From Candidatus Zambryskiibacteriota bacterium (lineage in GTDB: Bacteria > Patescibacteriota > Minisyncoccia > Phycocordibacterales > WO2-35-19): DNA of 64,000 bases. The DNA lies in assembly GCA_048499675.1 (NCBI GenBank), contig JASNZL010000002.1:40138-104137 (forward strand), written 5' to 3'. The position numbers and the translations under genes are program-made. Position 1 is the stretch's first letter. Each line of letters begins with the position of its first letter. This document shows positions 1 to 9,259 of this stretch, piece after piece. Below the pieces are notes generated by a model. It was given only the letters and a program-made list of their open reading frames with translations, did not search any database and had not been told where the DNA came from.

Positions 1-1058
1 ACCAACCAAGATGATTGTTGCATTTGCATCACCCAAATATCTTTCCTCGTGACCAACAACCCTCCCCCCTTCTGACATTCCAGAACCAGCAATTATAATT
101 TTGGAACCTTTTACATTTTCAATTTGAGAAGACTCACTCACATCTCTAATAATCTTCAGATTTGGAAAATCAAAAATATCATCACCCGAATTTATCTCCT
201 CTTTAACCGATTCTTTAAATCTATCTTTGTATTTTTCGTATATAGCTGTAACTTTGGAAGCCAGCGGTGAATCAAGGAAGACGGGCACTTGTGCGATTTC
301 TCCATCTTCAACCATATTATTTATTTCATAAAGTAAAACTTGTGTCCTCTCAATAGAAAATGCCGGAATTACAATCGTTCCACCTTTCTCTATTCCCTCT
401 ATAAGGGCCTCTTTTAATTTCTCTCGTCTCTCTTTTTTTGTCTCATGATTTCTATCACCATAAACACTTTCCATTACCAAATAATCGGCCTTTACAGGGA
501 ATTCGTTGTCTGGAAGGAGTGGAGAAGGACTATTGCCCAAATCTCCCGTAAAAGCGACTGTTTTATCGCCACAAGTGACATTTATAATCGCCGAGCCCAA
601 TATGTGTCCAGCATTAATCATTTTTAAACTGCAATCTGGAAACAAATCTATTTTTTCATCATAATCAAATCCTTCCCACAGAGATAAAGATTTATCAATA
701 TCTTTCTCATCAAACATTTCCTTATCTTTATGACGCATCCTCATGACCTTCAAAGCATCATGAAGCATTGGATTCGCCAAATCTTTTGTTTCTTGTGTTG
801 AAATAATTTTGCCGTTAAACCCCTCTCTTACAAGTTTTGGAATTCTTCCTATATGGTCCATGTGCGCATGAGTAATGAGCAAAAAATCCACAGAACTCGG
901 ATCATACACAAAGTCCAAAAAGTTTTTCTCTTCCGCTTCTCTCCCTCCCTGAATCAAACCACAATCAACCAGAACTTTCCTATTATTAAAATTGAGCATA
1001 ATATTTGCTCCAGTTGTTGATCCAACTCCCCCGTAAAAATTTAAGCTCAATTTTTCCA
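1..1058 (-). CDS. MBL-fold beta-CASP ribonuclease (TTHA0252/RNase J-like), C-terminus beyond window start
   Basis: Reverse translation from ATG at 1058: MEKLSLNFYGGVGSTTGANIMLNF...VDCGLIQGG...LLITHAHMDHIGRIPKLVREGFNGKII, a metallo-beta-lactamase HxHxDH motif with beta-CASP-like downstream region; ORF runs off the window edge. Confidence 0.7.
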
Positions 1059-1288
1059 TATTAATAATTTATATTATACCCGCCAATTGCTAATACTTAT
1101 ATAATTTTTAATTTAAAATTTTCAATTTCCAATAAATTTTCAATGATTCAATTTTCAATTTAAAATTTTTAAACAAGCTTATTCCTTTCCCATCTCCCAC
1201 TCGCTATGATTAGTGTGCATTAGCCCGCCTGCAACGCTTATGCGATAGCATTGCGGGCAGGTGGATTGGCGGGCTACTTTTAAACTTT

Positions 1289-1696
1289 CTAACTTTTTAC
1301 TTTCAACTCTTGTAGGTACCCATAAAAACACCCTGCTAATGCCCCAAAAAAGTCCATTATCAGGTCGACCATAGTATCAAACGCATAATCATCACCACCA
1401 TACCTTGCCTCTCCTATTATTAATTCATAAGCTTCCCATAGTACACCTATAAATAGTATAGAGACTAAAGAAACTTTTAGAAATTGCTTCAAATCTCTTT
1501 TTTGAGGTTTAAATAGTTCTGAATAGAAATATAACCAAATAAAAAATAATGAAACCAATATTCCACCCAAAAAATGAACAAGACTATCAAATTCAGAAAG
1601 GCTCCAGTACAAATTAAAATAAGTTGCAACCCAATTCAGAGCTCCAACTATAAAAAACATAATGAATGTCTCCCAAAAAAGGGTTTGTTTATGCAT
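1289..1696 (-). CDS. hypothetical multi-pass membrane protein
   Basis: 135-aa ORF with 4 hydrophobic helices; no recognisable motif. Confidence 0.45.
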   Translation of the reverse strand: MHKQTLFWETFIMFFIVGALNWVATYFNLYWSLSEFDSLVHFLGGILVSLFFIWLYFYSELFKPQKRDLKQFLKVSLVSILFIGVLWEAYELIIGEARYGGDDYAFDTMVDLIMDFFGALAGCFYGYLQELKVKS

Positions 1697-1735
1697 TTAA
1701 ATTAACTTTAACATTTTTTTAAATTCTAACCAATA

Positions 1736-1760
1736 CAAAACCCCACAAATGCGGGGTTTT
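1736..1760. terminator. rho-independent terminator-like hairpin (ccccac-aaat-gcgggg plus T run), bidirectional
   Basis: GC stem flanked by A run upstream and T run downstream. Confidence 0.5.
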
Positions 1761-1980
1761 GTATGGGGTTACCCAGAAATATTCCCTAATTGAAAAATAT
1801 TAGGTGGGTGGCCTCGACTATAACAATCAGAACATAAAATGCTCATCATATTACAGAAAGTTAGCCTCCCTGAATATGAGCAATCTAGAAAATATCCGAG
1901 TAACCCTAAATGTAGTATAGCATAAAAAGCTAAGCGGTTGAAGGTTGAAGGTATCAGAAGGTAGATATCGTGTAGGATTT

Positions 1981-2044
1981 AGAATTTTTAATTTTCAATT
2001 TTGAATTTTCAATAAATTTTCAATGATTCAATTTTCAGTTCAAA
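1981..2044. repeat. AT-rich intergenic repeat family (AATTTTCAAT / ATTGAAAATT units)
   Basis: Near-identical ~40-bp block aataaattttcaatgattcaattttca at 1126-1165 and 2009-2047; related blocks at 2755-2815, 7095-7135, 7741-7860, 21930-22010, 26560-26745, 28560-28625, 29800-29880, 52680-52790. Confidence 0.7.
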
Positions 2045-2130
2045 ATTTTATCGTTACTCGTACTTCGTAACTCATAACTCGTTGCCTCAATTCGTATCAT
2101 TCGAGTTCATTCACGTATTTGTGTCGTGTT
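2045..2130. repeat. dispersed intergenic repeat containing CTCGTACTTCGTAACTCGT
   Basis: Shared 18-19-mer with 26757-26803 (just 3-prime of pilB) and, inverted, 29683-29715; also shared tail atttgtgtcRtgtta directly after the ndk and pilB stop codons. Confidence 0.6.
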
Positions 2131-2143
2131 AAAACTTTCTAAC

Positions 2144-2749
2144 CTACTCGAGTATTCCATCCAAATTAACATCATAAAGTATTTGTTCTTGGACTAAGCG
2201 ATAATCAATCAACTCTTCATCTTTAAACCAGTGTTTTATTTCTGCATTTGCTTCTTCAACAGATCCAGAACCATGAATAAGATTTCTAACAGCTCTACCG
2301 TCTGTATCAGCCATCATATAAGAATCCAAAACGAAATCGCCTCTAATTGTGCCGACATCAGATGTTCTTGGTTCTGTGCCTCCAGTTATTTTTCTTACCA
2401 CCTCCACAGCGTGTGCCCCTTCCCAAACCATTGGTATAACAGGACCACTTGTCATATAAGTAACAAGTGAATTTAGAACTTTTTCTCCAAGCTCCAATGG
2501 ATCGTTTGAGGGTGGTTTTATACCCTTTTTTTCATACGCAGAAATAGCTTTTTCTCCAACATTTTTCTTCCAGTTAGGATCAATTGTGTAATGTTTTTCT
2601 ACATGATCTTTTGTTGGTACCACTATTTTTAAACCAACAAGTTTTAATCCGACTCTTTCATATCTTTTTATAATCTCACCAACCAAAGTCCTCTGAACTC
2701 CATCTGGCTTAATAATTACAAGTGTTCTTTCCTTTTTTGCATGTCCCAT
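2144..2749 (-). CDS. ndk: nucleoside diphosphate kinase with ~50-aa C-terminal extension
   Basis: MGHAKKERTLVIIKPDGVQRTLVGEIIKRYE..., the NDK N-terminal signature; 201 aa versus a typical ~140. Confidence 0.8.
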   Translation of the reverse strand: MGHAKKERTLVIIKPDGVQRTLVGEIIKRYERVGLKLVGLKIVVPTKDHVEKHYTIDPNWKKNVGEKAISAYEKKGIKPPSNDPLELGEKVLNSLVTYMTSGPVIPMVWEGAHAVEVVRKITGGTEPRTSDVGTIRGDFVLDSYMMADTDGRAVRNLIHGSGSVEEANAEIKHWFKDEELIDYRLVQEQILYDVNLDGILE

Positions 2750-2822
2750 TTTATTTGAAAATTGAATAATTGATAATTATTTAAAAATTTTAAATTAAAA
2801 ATTGAAAATTACAAAATCTGGC

Positions 2823-3596
2823 TTATTTCGTTAGTATCTCTATTCCAGATTTTGTTACAGCTACCGTATGCTCAAAATGCGCCGAGAGGGATTTATCACG
2901 TGTAATATAAGTATATCCATCAGAAAGTTTTTTAATATCCCTACTCCCCAAGCTAAACATTGGTTCAATTGCAATGACCATGCCGGGTCTAATTTCCGGA
3001 CCTTCACCTCTCTCTGCTTTGTTTGGTACAAAAGGATCTTCGTGAACTTCAAACCCCACTCCATGCCCAGAAAGACCTTCCACTATCCCTAAATTCCTCC
3101 TTATAGCAACTTCCATAATTGCATGCCCAATGTCCCCAATATGCCCTCCAACTCGCATCGCACTGATTCCTTTTTCTAACGCCTCTCTTGTAGCATTTAT
3201 CAAATCTCTGGCCCTGTCGTCAATTTTGCCAACAGGCACAGTAATCGCACCATCTGTAATAAGATTCTTGTGAGTTAAACCCAAATCAAGGGTTACAATA
3301 TCGCCTTCAAATAGAATTTTTCCATTGCCTTCGTTTGGAATTCCGTGGACTATTTCTTCGTTTATAGAAACACACAGAGATGCAGGGTAAGGTTTTTTTG
3401 CGTCATAAGGTTGATAACCAAAAAATGAAGCCGTGCAACCCGCCTCATCAATCAAATGTTCGGCATAATCATTTAACTCTTTAGTTTTAATCCCTGGCTT
3501 AACTTTTTTTGCGACCTCTTTCAAAATACGAGCATGTATCTTGCCCCCTTCCCTAAGTATCGCTATGTCTTCTTCTGTTTTGTACCTTATTGCCAT
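2823..3596 (-). CDS. map: methionine aminopeptidase type I
   Basis: 257 aa; pita-bread fold metal-ligand context (DIVTLDLG..., HGIGH-like HGVGFEVHE); position after adk as in the canonical operon. Confidence 0.85.
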   Translation of the reverse strand: MAIRYKTEEDIAILREGGKIHARILKEVAKKVKPGIKTKELNDYAEHLIDEAGCTASFFGYQPYDAKKPYPASLCVSINEEIVHGIPNEGNGKILFEGDIVTLDLGLTHKNLITDGAITVPVGKIDDRARDLINATREALEKGISAMRVGGHIGDIGHAIMEVAIRRNLGIVEGLSGHGVGFEVHEDPFVPNKAERGEGPEIRPGMVIAIEPMFSLGSRDIKKLSDGYTYITRDKSLSAHFEHTVAVTKSGIEILTK

Positions 3597-3600
3597 TATT

Positions 3601-4194
3601 TTATTCCAAACCCACTTTTTTCATAATTTGTTGATGAACCTCTTCTATTGAACCAGATCCATCAATAGTCAAGAATTCATAGTATGGATTATTTCTGAAA
3701 AAGTTAATTGCGGGCACAACATTTTCTTCATACCAGTTGAGTCTTTTTTCTATATCCAAATTGTTATCGTCTTCCCTTTTTCTACTAAGCAATCTTTCTG
3801 AAGCTAATTCTCTTGATAACTCAATTGAAACAACAAAAGGTTTTTCTCTTCTATAAAATTTCATTGCCGAATCCAAAACTGGTGCTTCATCAACCCTTCT
3901 AGACAGACCATCAAGAACCATATGTTCATTACCCGACGTGTGTCTAACCAAATATTCTGTCCAAATCCATATAGGCAAAAATTCTGGAATCAGTCCACCA
4001 CTTCCTATTATTTCTTTTACATATTGAGCAGTAAGAGAAGCTTCTGTAGAAAATTCTCTAAACTTTTGTCCTGTTTCTAAATAAAGCACCGGTTTTTGGG
4101 GGTCAATCTCTTTTAGTTTGTCAATTAAAAGTCTCGCTTGTGTCCCTTTACCGCATCCCGATGGCCCAAAAAATATAAATGTTTGTGGTGTCAT
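3601..4194 (-). CDS. adk: adenylate kinase
   Basis: P-loop FIFFGPSGCGKGTQ. The track ORF extends to 4254 only because it reads through an upstream 18-bp tandem repeat; the ATG at 4194 (MTPQTF) is the likely start. Confidence 0.8.
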   Translation of the reverse strand: MTPQTFIFFGPSGCGKGTQARLLIDKLKEIDPQKPVLYLETGQKFREFSTEASLTAQYVKEIIGSGGLIPEFLPIWIWTEYLVRHTSGNEHMVLDGLSRRVDEAPVLDSAMKFYRREKPFVVSIELSRELASERLLSRKREDDNNLDIEKRLNWYEENVVPAINFFRNNPYYEFLTIDGSGSIEEVHQQIMKKVGLE

Positions 4195-4198
4195 ATTT

Positions 4199-4236
4199 AA
4201 AATTAACCTAATTATACTAATTAACCTAATTATACT
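4199..4236. repeat. 2 x 18-bp tandem repeat (taacctaattatactaat) in the secY-adk spacer
   Basis: Direct tandem duplication; related ctaattaacctaa / taattagaataatt motifs recur at 26500-26530 and 52340-52390. Confidence 0.7.
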
Positions 4237-4298
4237 AATTTTTTTAGTATTCACTAATTTCCTTATTTAGAAATTAGAGTAATTAGAATAATTTAAAT

Positions 4299-5570
4299 TT
4301 AGTATTCGCGAGCGGAAATTTGAGCGTCTACTTTTTTGACAAGATCAATCACAACAGAAACAACAATCAAAAGACCTGTTCCACCGATTGCAACCGCCCC
4401 TATACCAGTTAAAGATTGAACGACAAGCGGTAAAACTGCAATTACACCCAAGAACAAGGCTCCAACCATTGTTAATCTGAATAGAATTTTTCCTATGTAA
4501 GCAGATGTTGTGTTTCCCGGTCTTACCCCTGGGATAAAAGCTCCACTCCTTTGAAGATTTTTTGCTATTTGGTCTGGGTCAAAAGTAATCGCTGTATAGA
4601 AATATGTAAATAGAAATACGAGCAAGAAGTACATTATGGAGTAGAATGTTTGGTTAGACAGGATTTGTAATATAAACTCAGAAACTTTCTGTATTATTGT
4701 GTTGTTTACATTAGCCAAAAAACCAACAATCATTTGTGGGAACAACAAAATAGACATTGCAAAAATAATTGGAATAACTCCAGCTTGGTTAACTCTCAAA
4801 GGTAGGTAGGTTGAGACACCTCCATAAACTTTGTTTCCTCTAACTTGTTTTGCATATGTAACGGGTATTGGGCGTTCTGCTTCTGTGATAACCACAACTC
4901 CCCAAATAACCAAGAGTGACGCTACCAAAAATCCAACATAAACAGGCAATAGCGCTGTATCAAACGTAAAGACAAGTTGACTGATAGAACTTGGTAAGAC
5001 AGAAACTATACCAGCAAAAATTATAAGAGAAACTCCGTTCCCTATACCAAATTCAGATATAAGTTCACCAAGCCACATAAGCAAAAGAGAACCTCCAGCA
5101 ATAACAATAAGGTTTGTAGCCAAATCTAACGGCGCCAAATTGGTCAATATTCCTTGGTTTTGTAGAAGTTTCAAAAAGGCAAACCCTTGCACAAAAGCAA
5201 GCGGAACAGTAAGAAGTCTAGAATATTGTGTAAACTTCTTTCTACCAATATCACCCTCTTCTTGGTACATTGCTTTGAGTTTTGGAAACATTACAGTCAT
5301 AAGTTGCATTATGATTGAACCTGTAATATATGGACCAACACCAAGCATAACAATGGAAAGATTAGTTAAACCTCCTCCAGAGAAAATATTTAGAAGTCCT
5401 AGAAAATCATTACCAGAAATAAATTGTTCCAATCTTAATGTATCTATTCCCGGTATTGGAATAGTTGCAAGCAACCTAAATAGAGCCAAGATTAAAAGAG
5501 TAAATATTATCCTCCCTCTCAAAATTTTGTCTCCCAAAACCAATTTTAGTTTGTGAACAAAAGTATTCAT
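4299..5570 (-). CDS. secY: preprotein translocase subunit SecY
   Basis: 423 aa, 10 TM helices, N-term ...LRGRIIFTLLILALFRLLATIPIPGID; operon position after rplO. Confidence 0.9.
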   Translation of the reverse strand: MNTFVHKLKLVLGDKILRGRIIFTLLILALFRLLATIPIPGIDTLRLEQFISGNDFLGLLNIFSGGGLTNLSIVMLGVGPYITGSIIMQLMTVMFPKLKAMYQEEGDIGRKKFTQYSRLLTVPLAFVQGFAFLKLLQNQGILTNLAPLDLATNLIVIAGGSLLLMWLGELISEFGIGNGVSLIIFAGIVSVLPSSISQLVFTFDTALLPVYVGFLVASLLVIWGVVVITEAERPIPVTYAKQVRGNKVYGGVSTYLPLRVNQAGVIPIIFAMSILLFPQMIVGFLANVNNTIIQKVSEFILQILSNQTFYSIMYFLLVFLFTYFYTAITFDPDQIAKNLQRSGAFIPGVRPGNTTSAYIGKILFRLTMVGALFLGVIAVLPLVVQSLTGIGAVAIGGTGLLIVVSVVIDLVKKVDAQISAREY

Positions 5571-5580
5571 TATTTATTTA

Positions 5581-6039
5581 TTATCTTTTTTTGTCAGATA
5601 AAACAACTTTACCACCAGCTTTTTCTATCAACGTTTTAGCCTTCTCTGATATTTTAACATTTTCAAAATTAAGCGCCTTGGTTATTTCTCCAGAAGCAAC
5701 TATTTTTACATTTGGATATTTATTGCTTGTCTTCTTTATAAGACCTTTTTGTTCCAATGTAATTCTGTTTACAAGCTCACCTGCAGAGAAAATGGAGTTT
5801 ACTTCTGACATTTTTACAACCACATTTTCATCAAATCTTGATTTGAGGAAATTCTTTCCTCTTCCTCTAAGTTTTGGCAATCTTTTGATTATATCTCTCC
5901 ATTCTGGTCTTTTCTTTCTACCAGCTCTCGCATTCTGTCCTTTTGTACCTTTACCGGAAGTTTTGCCACGAGTTCCACCACGACCAACTTGCTTGGCTTT
6001 TCTGTTTGATTTATTCCTTTTTAGATTATGAGTTTGCAT
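5581..6039 (-). CDS. rplO: 50S ribosomal protein L15
   Basis: Gly/Lys/Arg-rich N-term (GRGGTRGKTSGKGTKGQ), 152 aa, operon context. Confidence 0.9.
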   Translation of the reverse strand: MQTHNLKRNKSNRKAKQVGRGGTRGKTSGKGTKGQNARAGRKKRPEWRDIIKRLPKLRGRGKNFLKSRFDENVVVKMSEVNSIFSAGELVNRITLEQKGLIKKTSNKYPNVKIVASGEITKALNFENVKISEKAKTLIEKAGGKVVLSDKKR

Positions 6040-6073
6040 AAATAAGTTTGAAAGTTATAAAGTTTAAAAGTTT

Positions 6074-6736
6074 TTAAAGTTCTTGCTTGTTAACTTGCGC
6101 CTTTTGACTTTTTAACTCTCCTAAAGCTTTTACTGTTGCTCTTGCAATATTAAGTTTGTTTTTTGATCTAGAAAGTAATTTCGACGCAATCTCTGTCACT
6201 CCAGCAAGTTCCAAAACAACACGCACAGCACTTCCTGCAATAACTCCCTTACCTGGAGCGGGCATCATCATAACTCTTATGCTTCCGTATTTTGCTTCAA
6301 CTGGATGAGAGATAGATTTTTTGTTATTAAGAGCAACCTTAATCATATTTTTCTTTGCGTCTCTTGTTGCTTTATCTACCGCAAGAGGAGTATCGCTTGA
6401 TTTGCCGACACCAACACCAACTCTGCCTTTTCTGTCTCCAATAACAATAGATACGCTGAAACTAAATCTTCTTCCTCCAGCAACAACTCTTGTAACTCTT
6501 CTAACACTGATTATTTTACTATCAAATTCTTGCCTAGCTCTTTCTGGTCTTCTTGATGGTCTCCTTTCGTTTTTTCTTCTATCAAATCTATTCTTCCTTT
6601 CTTCTGGGGGGATATTTGCCTCTACCGCATCGGCCTCTCTGTCTGTAGCAGAAACATCCGCAGTATCTAATACTGCATCAGGAGTTTCCAATACTTCTTC
6701 GCTCGTTATTATTTTATCTTCTTCTTTTGTTGACAT
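6074..6736 (-). CDS. rpsE: 30S ribosomal protein S5 with ~70-aa acidic N-terminal extension
   Basis: ...RVTRVVAGGRRFSFSVSIVIGDRKGRVGVGVGKS...; only a 34-bp gap to rplO, so no L30 gene. Confidence 0.9.
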   Translation of the reverse strand: MSTKEEDKIITSEEVLETPDAVLDTADVSATDREADAVEANIPPEERKNRFDRRKNERRPSRRPERARQEFDSKIISVRRVTRVVAGGRRFSFSVSIVIGDRKGRVGVGVGKSSDTPLAVDKATRDAKKNMIKVALNNKKSISHPVEAKYGSIRVMMMPAPGKGVIAGSAVRVVLELAGVTEIASKLLSRSKNKLNIARATVKALGELKSQKAQVNKQEL

Positions 6737-6746
6737 AACTTAAAAA

Positions 6747-7094
6747 TTAAAATTGTAGTCCGGCTTCCCTTGCCCCATCTGCCAATGCAGAAACAGAACC
6801 TGTATATATGTAACCTCCTCTATCAAAAACTGCTTTTGTTATTTTCTTTGCTTTTGCCTGTTCTCCAATTGAAGACCCTACAGCTTTTGCTCTTTCTGCT
6901 ACAGTCTTACCCTTTAGACCTTTACTTGTTGCAGAAGCAAGAGTCAATCCCTTTTCATCATCTATAAGCTGAGCACTTATGTATTTGTTGGATCTAAAAA
7001 CAGAAAGTCTTGGTTTCAATGCTGTACCAAAAATCTTAGCTCTGATTCGCTTTCTTCTTCTTTCTCTCTGAATTTTTTTTATTTTTGTATCCAT
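6747..7094 (-). CDS. rplR: 50S ribosomal protein L18
   Basis: [18 protein letters not shown]...[12 protein letters not shown]. Confidence 0.9.
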   Translation of the reverse strand: MDTKIKKIQRERRRKRIRAKIFGTALKPRLSVFRSNKYISAQLIDDEKGLTLASATSKGLKGKTVAERAKAVGSSIGEQAKAKKITKAVFDRGGYIYTGSVSALADGAREAGLQF

Positions 7095-7201
7095 GTCTTT
7101 ATAATTTTCAATTTAAAATTTTCAATTTTCAATTCTTATATTCGTTTCTATTTGTGGATTGGTGGGTAATTTTTAATCTTGATTTTTAAATTTTACATTT
7201 T

Positions 7202-7747
7202 CTATGCTGTCTTCTTACCTTGTTTTCTTCTTATTACCTCTCCTTCGTATCTAAATCCTTTACCTTTGTATGGTTCTGGTTTTTTGAGAGCTCTAACCTT
7301 TGCTGTAAAACTACCTACCGACTCTTTGTCTATTCCTGATACTGTAATCAAATTTTTCTCTGCCTTAACTTCCAAGTCTTTTGGTATAGCAACTTCTACT
7401 GGATGGGAAAATCCTAGCGCTAGCACCAACTTATCACCTGTAACCTGTGATTTAAATCCAACCCCTTCAAGTATCAATTTCTTTTCAAAACCATTATTCA
7501 CTCCCTGAATCATATTTTTTATATGCGAAGCATATGTTCCCCAAAGAGCCTTTGTTTGCTTGTTCATTTTAGGAACCGAAAGAGAAATGTTTTTACCATT
7601 TACAACAATAGCAATATCAGAATTAAAAGTTCTTTGAAGTGTACCTTTTGGTCCTTTGACCGAAAATACGCCAGAATCAAAAGATATTTCTGTCTTTTCG
7701 TTTGCTACTATTTCTTTTTTTCCTATTCTACTCATTTTTGTAAACAA
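7202..7747 (-). CDS. rplF: 50S ribosomal protein L6
   Basis: MSRIGKKEI...SVKGPKGTL, 181 aa. Confidence 0.9.
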   Translation of the reverse strand: MFTKMSRIGKKEIVANEKTEISFDSGVFSVKGPKGTLQRTFNSDIAIVVNGKNISLSVPKMNKQTKALWGTYASHIKNMIQGVNNGFEKKLILEGVGFKSQVTGDKLVLALGFSHPVEVAIPKDLEVKAEKNLITVSGIDKESVGSFTAKVRALKKPEPYKGKGFRYEGEVIRRKQGKKTA

Positions 7748-7858
7748 ATTTTCAATTTAGAATTTTCAGTTTTCATTAAATTTTCAATGCTTCAATGTTT
7801 GAAAATTAAAAATTTTGATATTTATTATAAATTTTAAATTGATAATTGAAAATTATTA

Positions 7859-8251
7859 CTACCATATATTAAACAAATGTTCTCCCCCTAAATTTTGTTT
7901 CTTTGCATCAAAATCTGACATTATGCCTTTTGGTGTTGAAAATACTGACATTCCATAACCTTTTCTAAATTTAACTATATTCTTAGACTTCTTGTATAGT
8001 CTTCTCGAAGGTTTTGAAACTCTTTTTACATCAGAAATAACTGGTCTTGATTCTCCGTCATAAAGTAATTCAACGGTCAAATATTTTGCATTGCCTTTGT
8101 TTTTCTTGGATACTTTACCCAAATAACCTTTAACAGAAAGAAGCTCAGCTATAGAAAACTTAAGCTTTGAAAAAGGTAGAGAAATTTCATTTTTCCCCAC
8201 TTTGCCAGCATTCTTTATTCTTATTATAAAATCTCCTATTGGATCGTTCAT
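7859..8251 (-). CDS. rpsH: 30S ribosomal protein S8
   Basis: MNDPIGDFIIRIKNAG..., 130 aa. Confidence 0.9.
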   Translation of the reverse strand: MNDPIGDFIIRIKNAGKVGKNEISLPFSKLKFSIAELLSVKGYLGKVSKKNKGNAKYLTVELLYDGESRPVISDVKRVSKPSRRLYKKSKNIVKFRKGYGMSVFSTPKGIMSDFDAKKQNLGGEHLFNIW

Positions 8252-8362
8252 TCTGCTATGGACGAGAAATTATACAATTTAATGTATTTTTCTCATCTGG
8301 TATTACTTTAATAATTCTTTTTTATTTCGTTATAATTCGTTAACCAATTCGTTATTTCTTAT

Positions 8363-8548
8363 TTACCAAGATGATTTCTTAACTCCGGGTATTCTGCCTT
8401 CATTTGCAAGCTCTCTAAAACATATTCTACATAGCCCGAAATCACCCATATAAGCTTTGCCTCGACCACACTTGAAACATCGTCTAACTATCCGAGTGCT
8501 AAACTTCGGTTTCTTTTGTGATCTTGCTATAACTGATTTCTTTGCCAT
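8363..8548 (-). CDS. rpsZ: 30S ribosomal protein S14 type Z (zinc-binding)
   Basis: 61 aa with [10 protein letters not shown]...CRICFRE zinc ribbon. Confidence 0.9.
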   Translation of the reverse strand: MAKKSVIARSQKKPKFSTRIVRRCFKCGRGKAYMGDFGLCRICFRELANEGRIPGVKKSSW

Positions 8549-8584
8549 TCTTTAATATATTTATAAAAAGCTCCAAAATAGAGC

Positions 8585-8850
8585 TACTCCAAGGTATCAA
8601 ATATAATAAAATAAGTCAACCCAGTAGTGAATTTTGGCATTGGACTCCATCCGCGCATTGTATGCGATGCCAAAATCTACTACTGGGTCAATCCCCGCTC
8701 ACCAATTTTGGTATTATTGCGAGACAATCTTTTTCTTTGTTTTTAGTGTTCGGTTTTGATGACAAATTTAATAGCGAGTAAGTTATTGATGTTGCAATAT
8801 ATAAAATACCAAAATTTGTGGCATGGGTATACCCACTCACTAATCTTTGC
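8585..8850 (-). repeat. structured ~270-bp repeat in the sense leader of the rpsZ operon; inverted copy of 55188-55560
   Basis: The reverse complement aligns (~80-85% by eye) with 55188-55560, including gtgagYgg..cccatgccacMaattttggtat, ..cgaacactMRaaacaaagaaaa.., aataccaaaattRgtgagcggggattgaccc and the gtagtRRattttggcat..atgccaaaatYYactac hairpin. Confidence 0.75.
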
Positions 8851-9036
8851 TTATAAATTAGATTATATCTTTTTTATATGATAATCTTTTTAGTACGGAG
8901 AGTTAACTCCGTGGATGAAAAGCAAACTTCTTTGCTTTTCATCCGGTCTGCGAACGGAAGTGAGCAGAATTGCCGTTGCGAGCTTTGCGAGCAGGCAATA
9001 GGTGGACGAAAGGGACTTTCGACCACTGCCATAAAC

Positions 9037-9124
9037 GGAGAGTTGGCTGAGTGGTCGAAAGCGCCTCACTGCTAACGAGGTGAGCCCTTTAAAGGCTCCG
9101 AGGGTTCGAATCCCTCACTCTCCG
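9037..9124 (+). tRNA. tRNA-Ser (anticodon GCT)
   Basis: Cloverleaf: acceptor GGAGAGT/ACTCTCC, D-arm with GG, anticodon loop CTGCTAA, long variable arm GAGCC-CTTTAAA-GGCTC, T-arm CGAGG-GTTCGAAT-CCCTC, discriminator G; no encoded CCA. Confidence 0.8.
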
Positions 9125-9258
9125 CTTGAGCTTCGCGAAAGCGGAGAGTGAGGTCTAGCTTTTGTGCAACAAAAGCGTAAGACGGATTCGAAGCCCGATT
9201 GAGATTTTTTAGGAGGACAACGAACTAAAAAATCCAATTGGGGTACTGAAGCTGTAAG
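9125..9258 (+). repeat. 134-bp element directly 3-prime of tRNA-Ser; direct repeat of 14922-15055
   Basis: Near-identical (2-3 mismatches) to 14922-15055; starts with a hairpin pairing the tRNA acceptor 3-prime strand; ends ...ggggtactgaagctgtaag. Confidence 0.8.
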
Positions 9259-9259
9259 C

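Noticed and set aside
445-627. 60-aa plus-strand ORF
   Set aside because: Lies entirely antisense within the MBL-fold RNase gene; no RBS
3601-4254. Extended adk ORF with N-terminal IIRLISIIRLI repeat
   Set aside because: The extra 20 codons are a read-through of an 18-bp intergenic tandem repeat; the true start is the ATG at 4194 preceding the P-loop
5140-7837. Plus-strand ORFs antisense to secY, rplO, rpsE, rplR, rplF (5140-5556, 5591-6031, 6321-6743, 6770-6967, 7179-7508, 7523-7837)
   Set aside because: They lie fully inside well-supported minus-strand r-protein and secY genes; low-complexity translations
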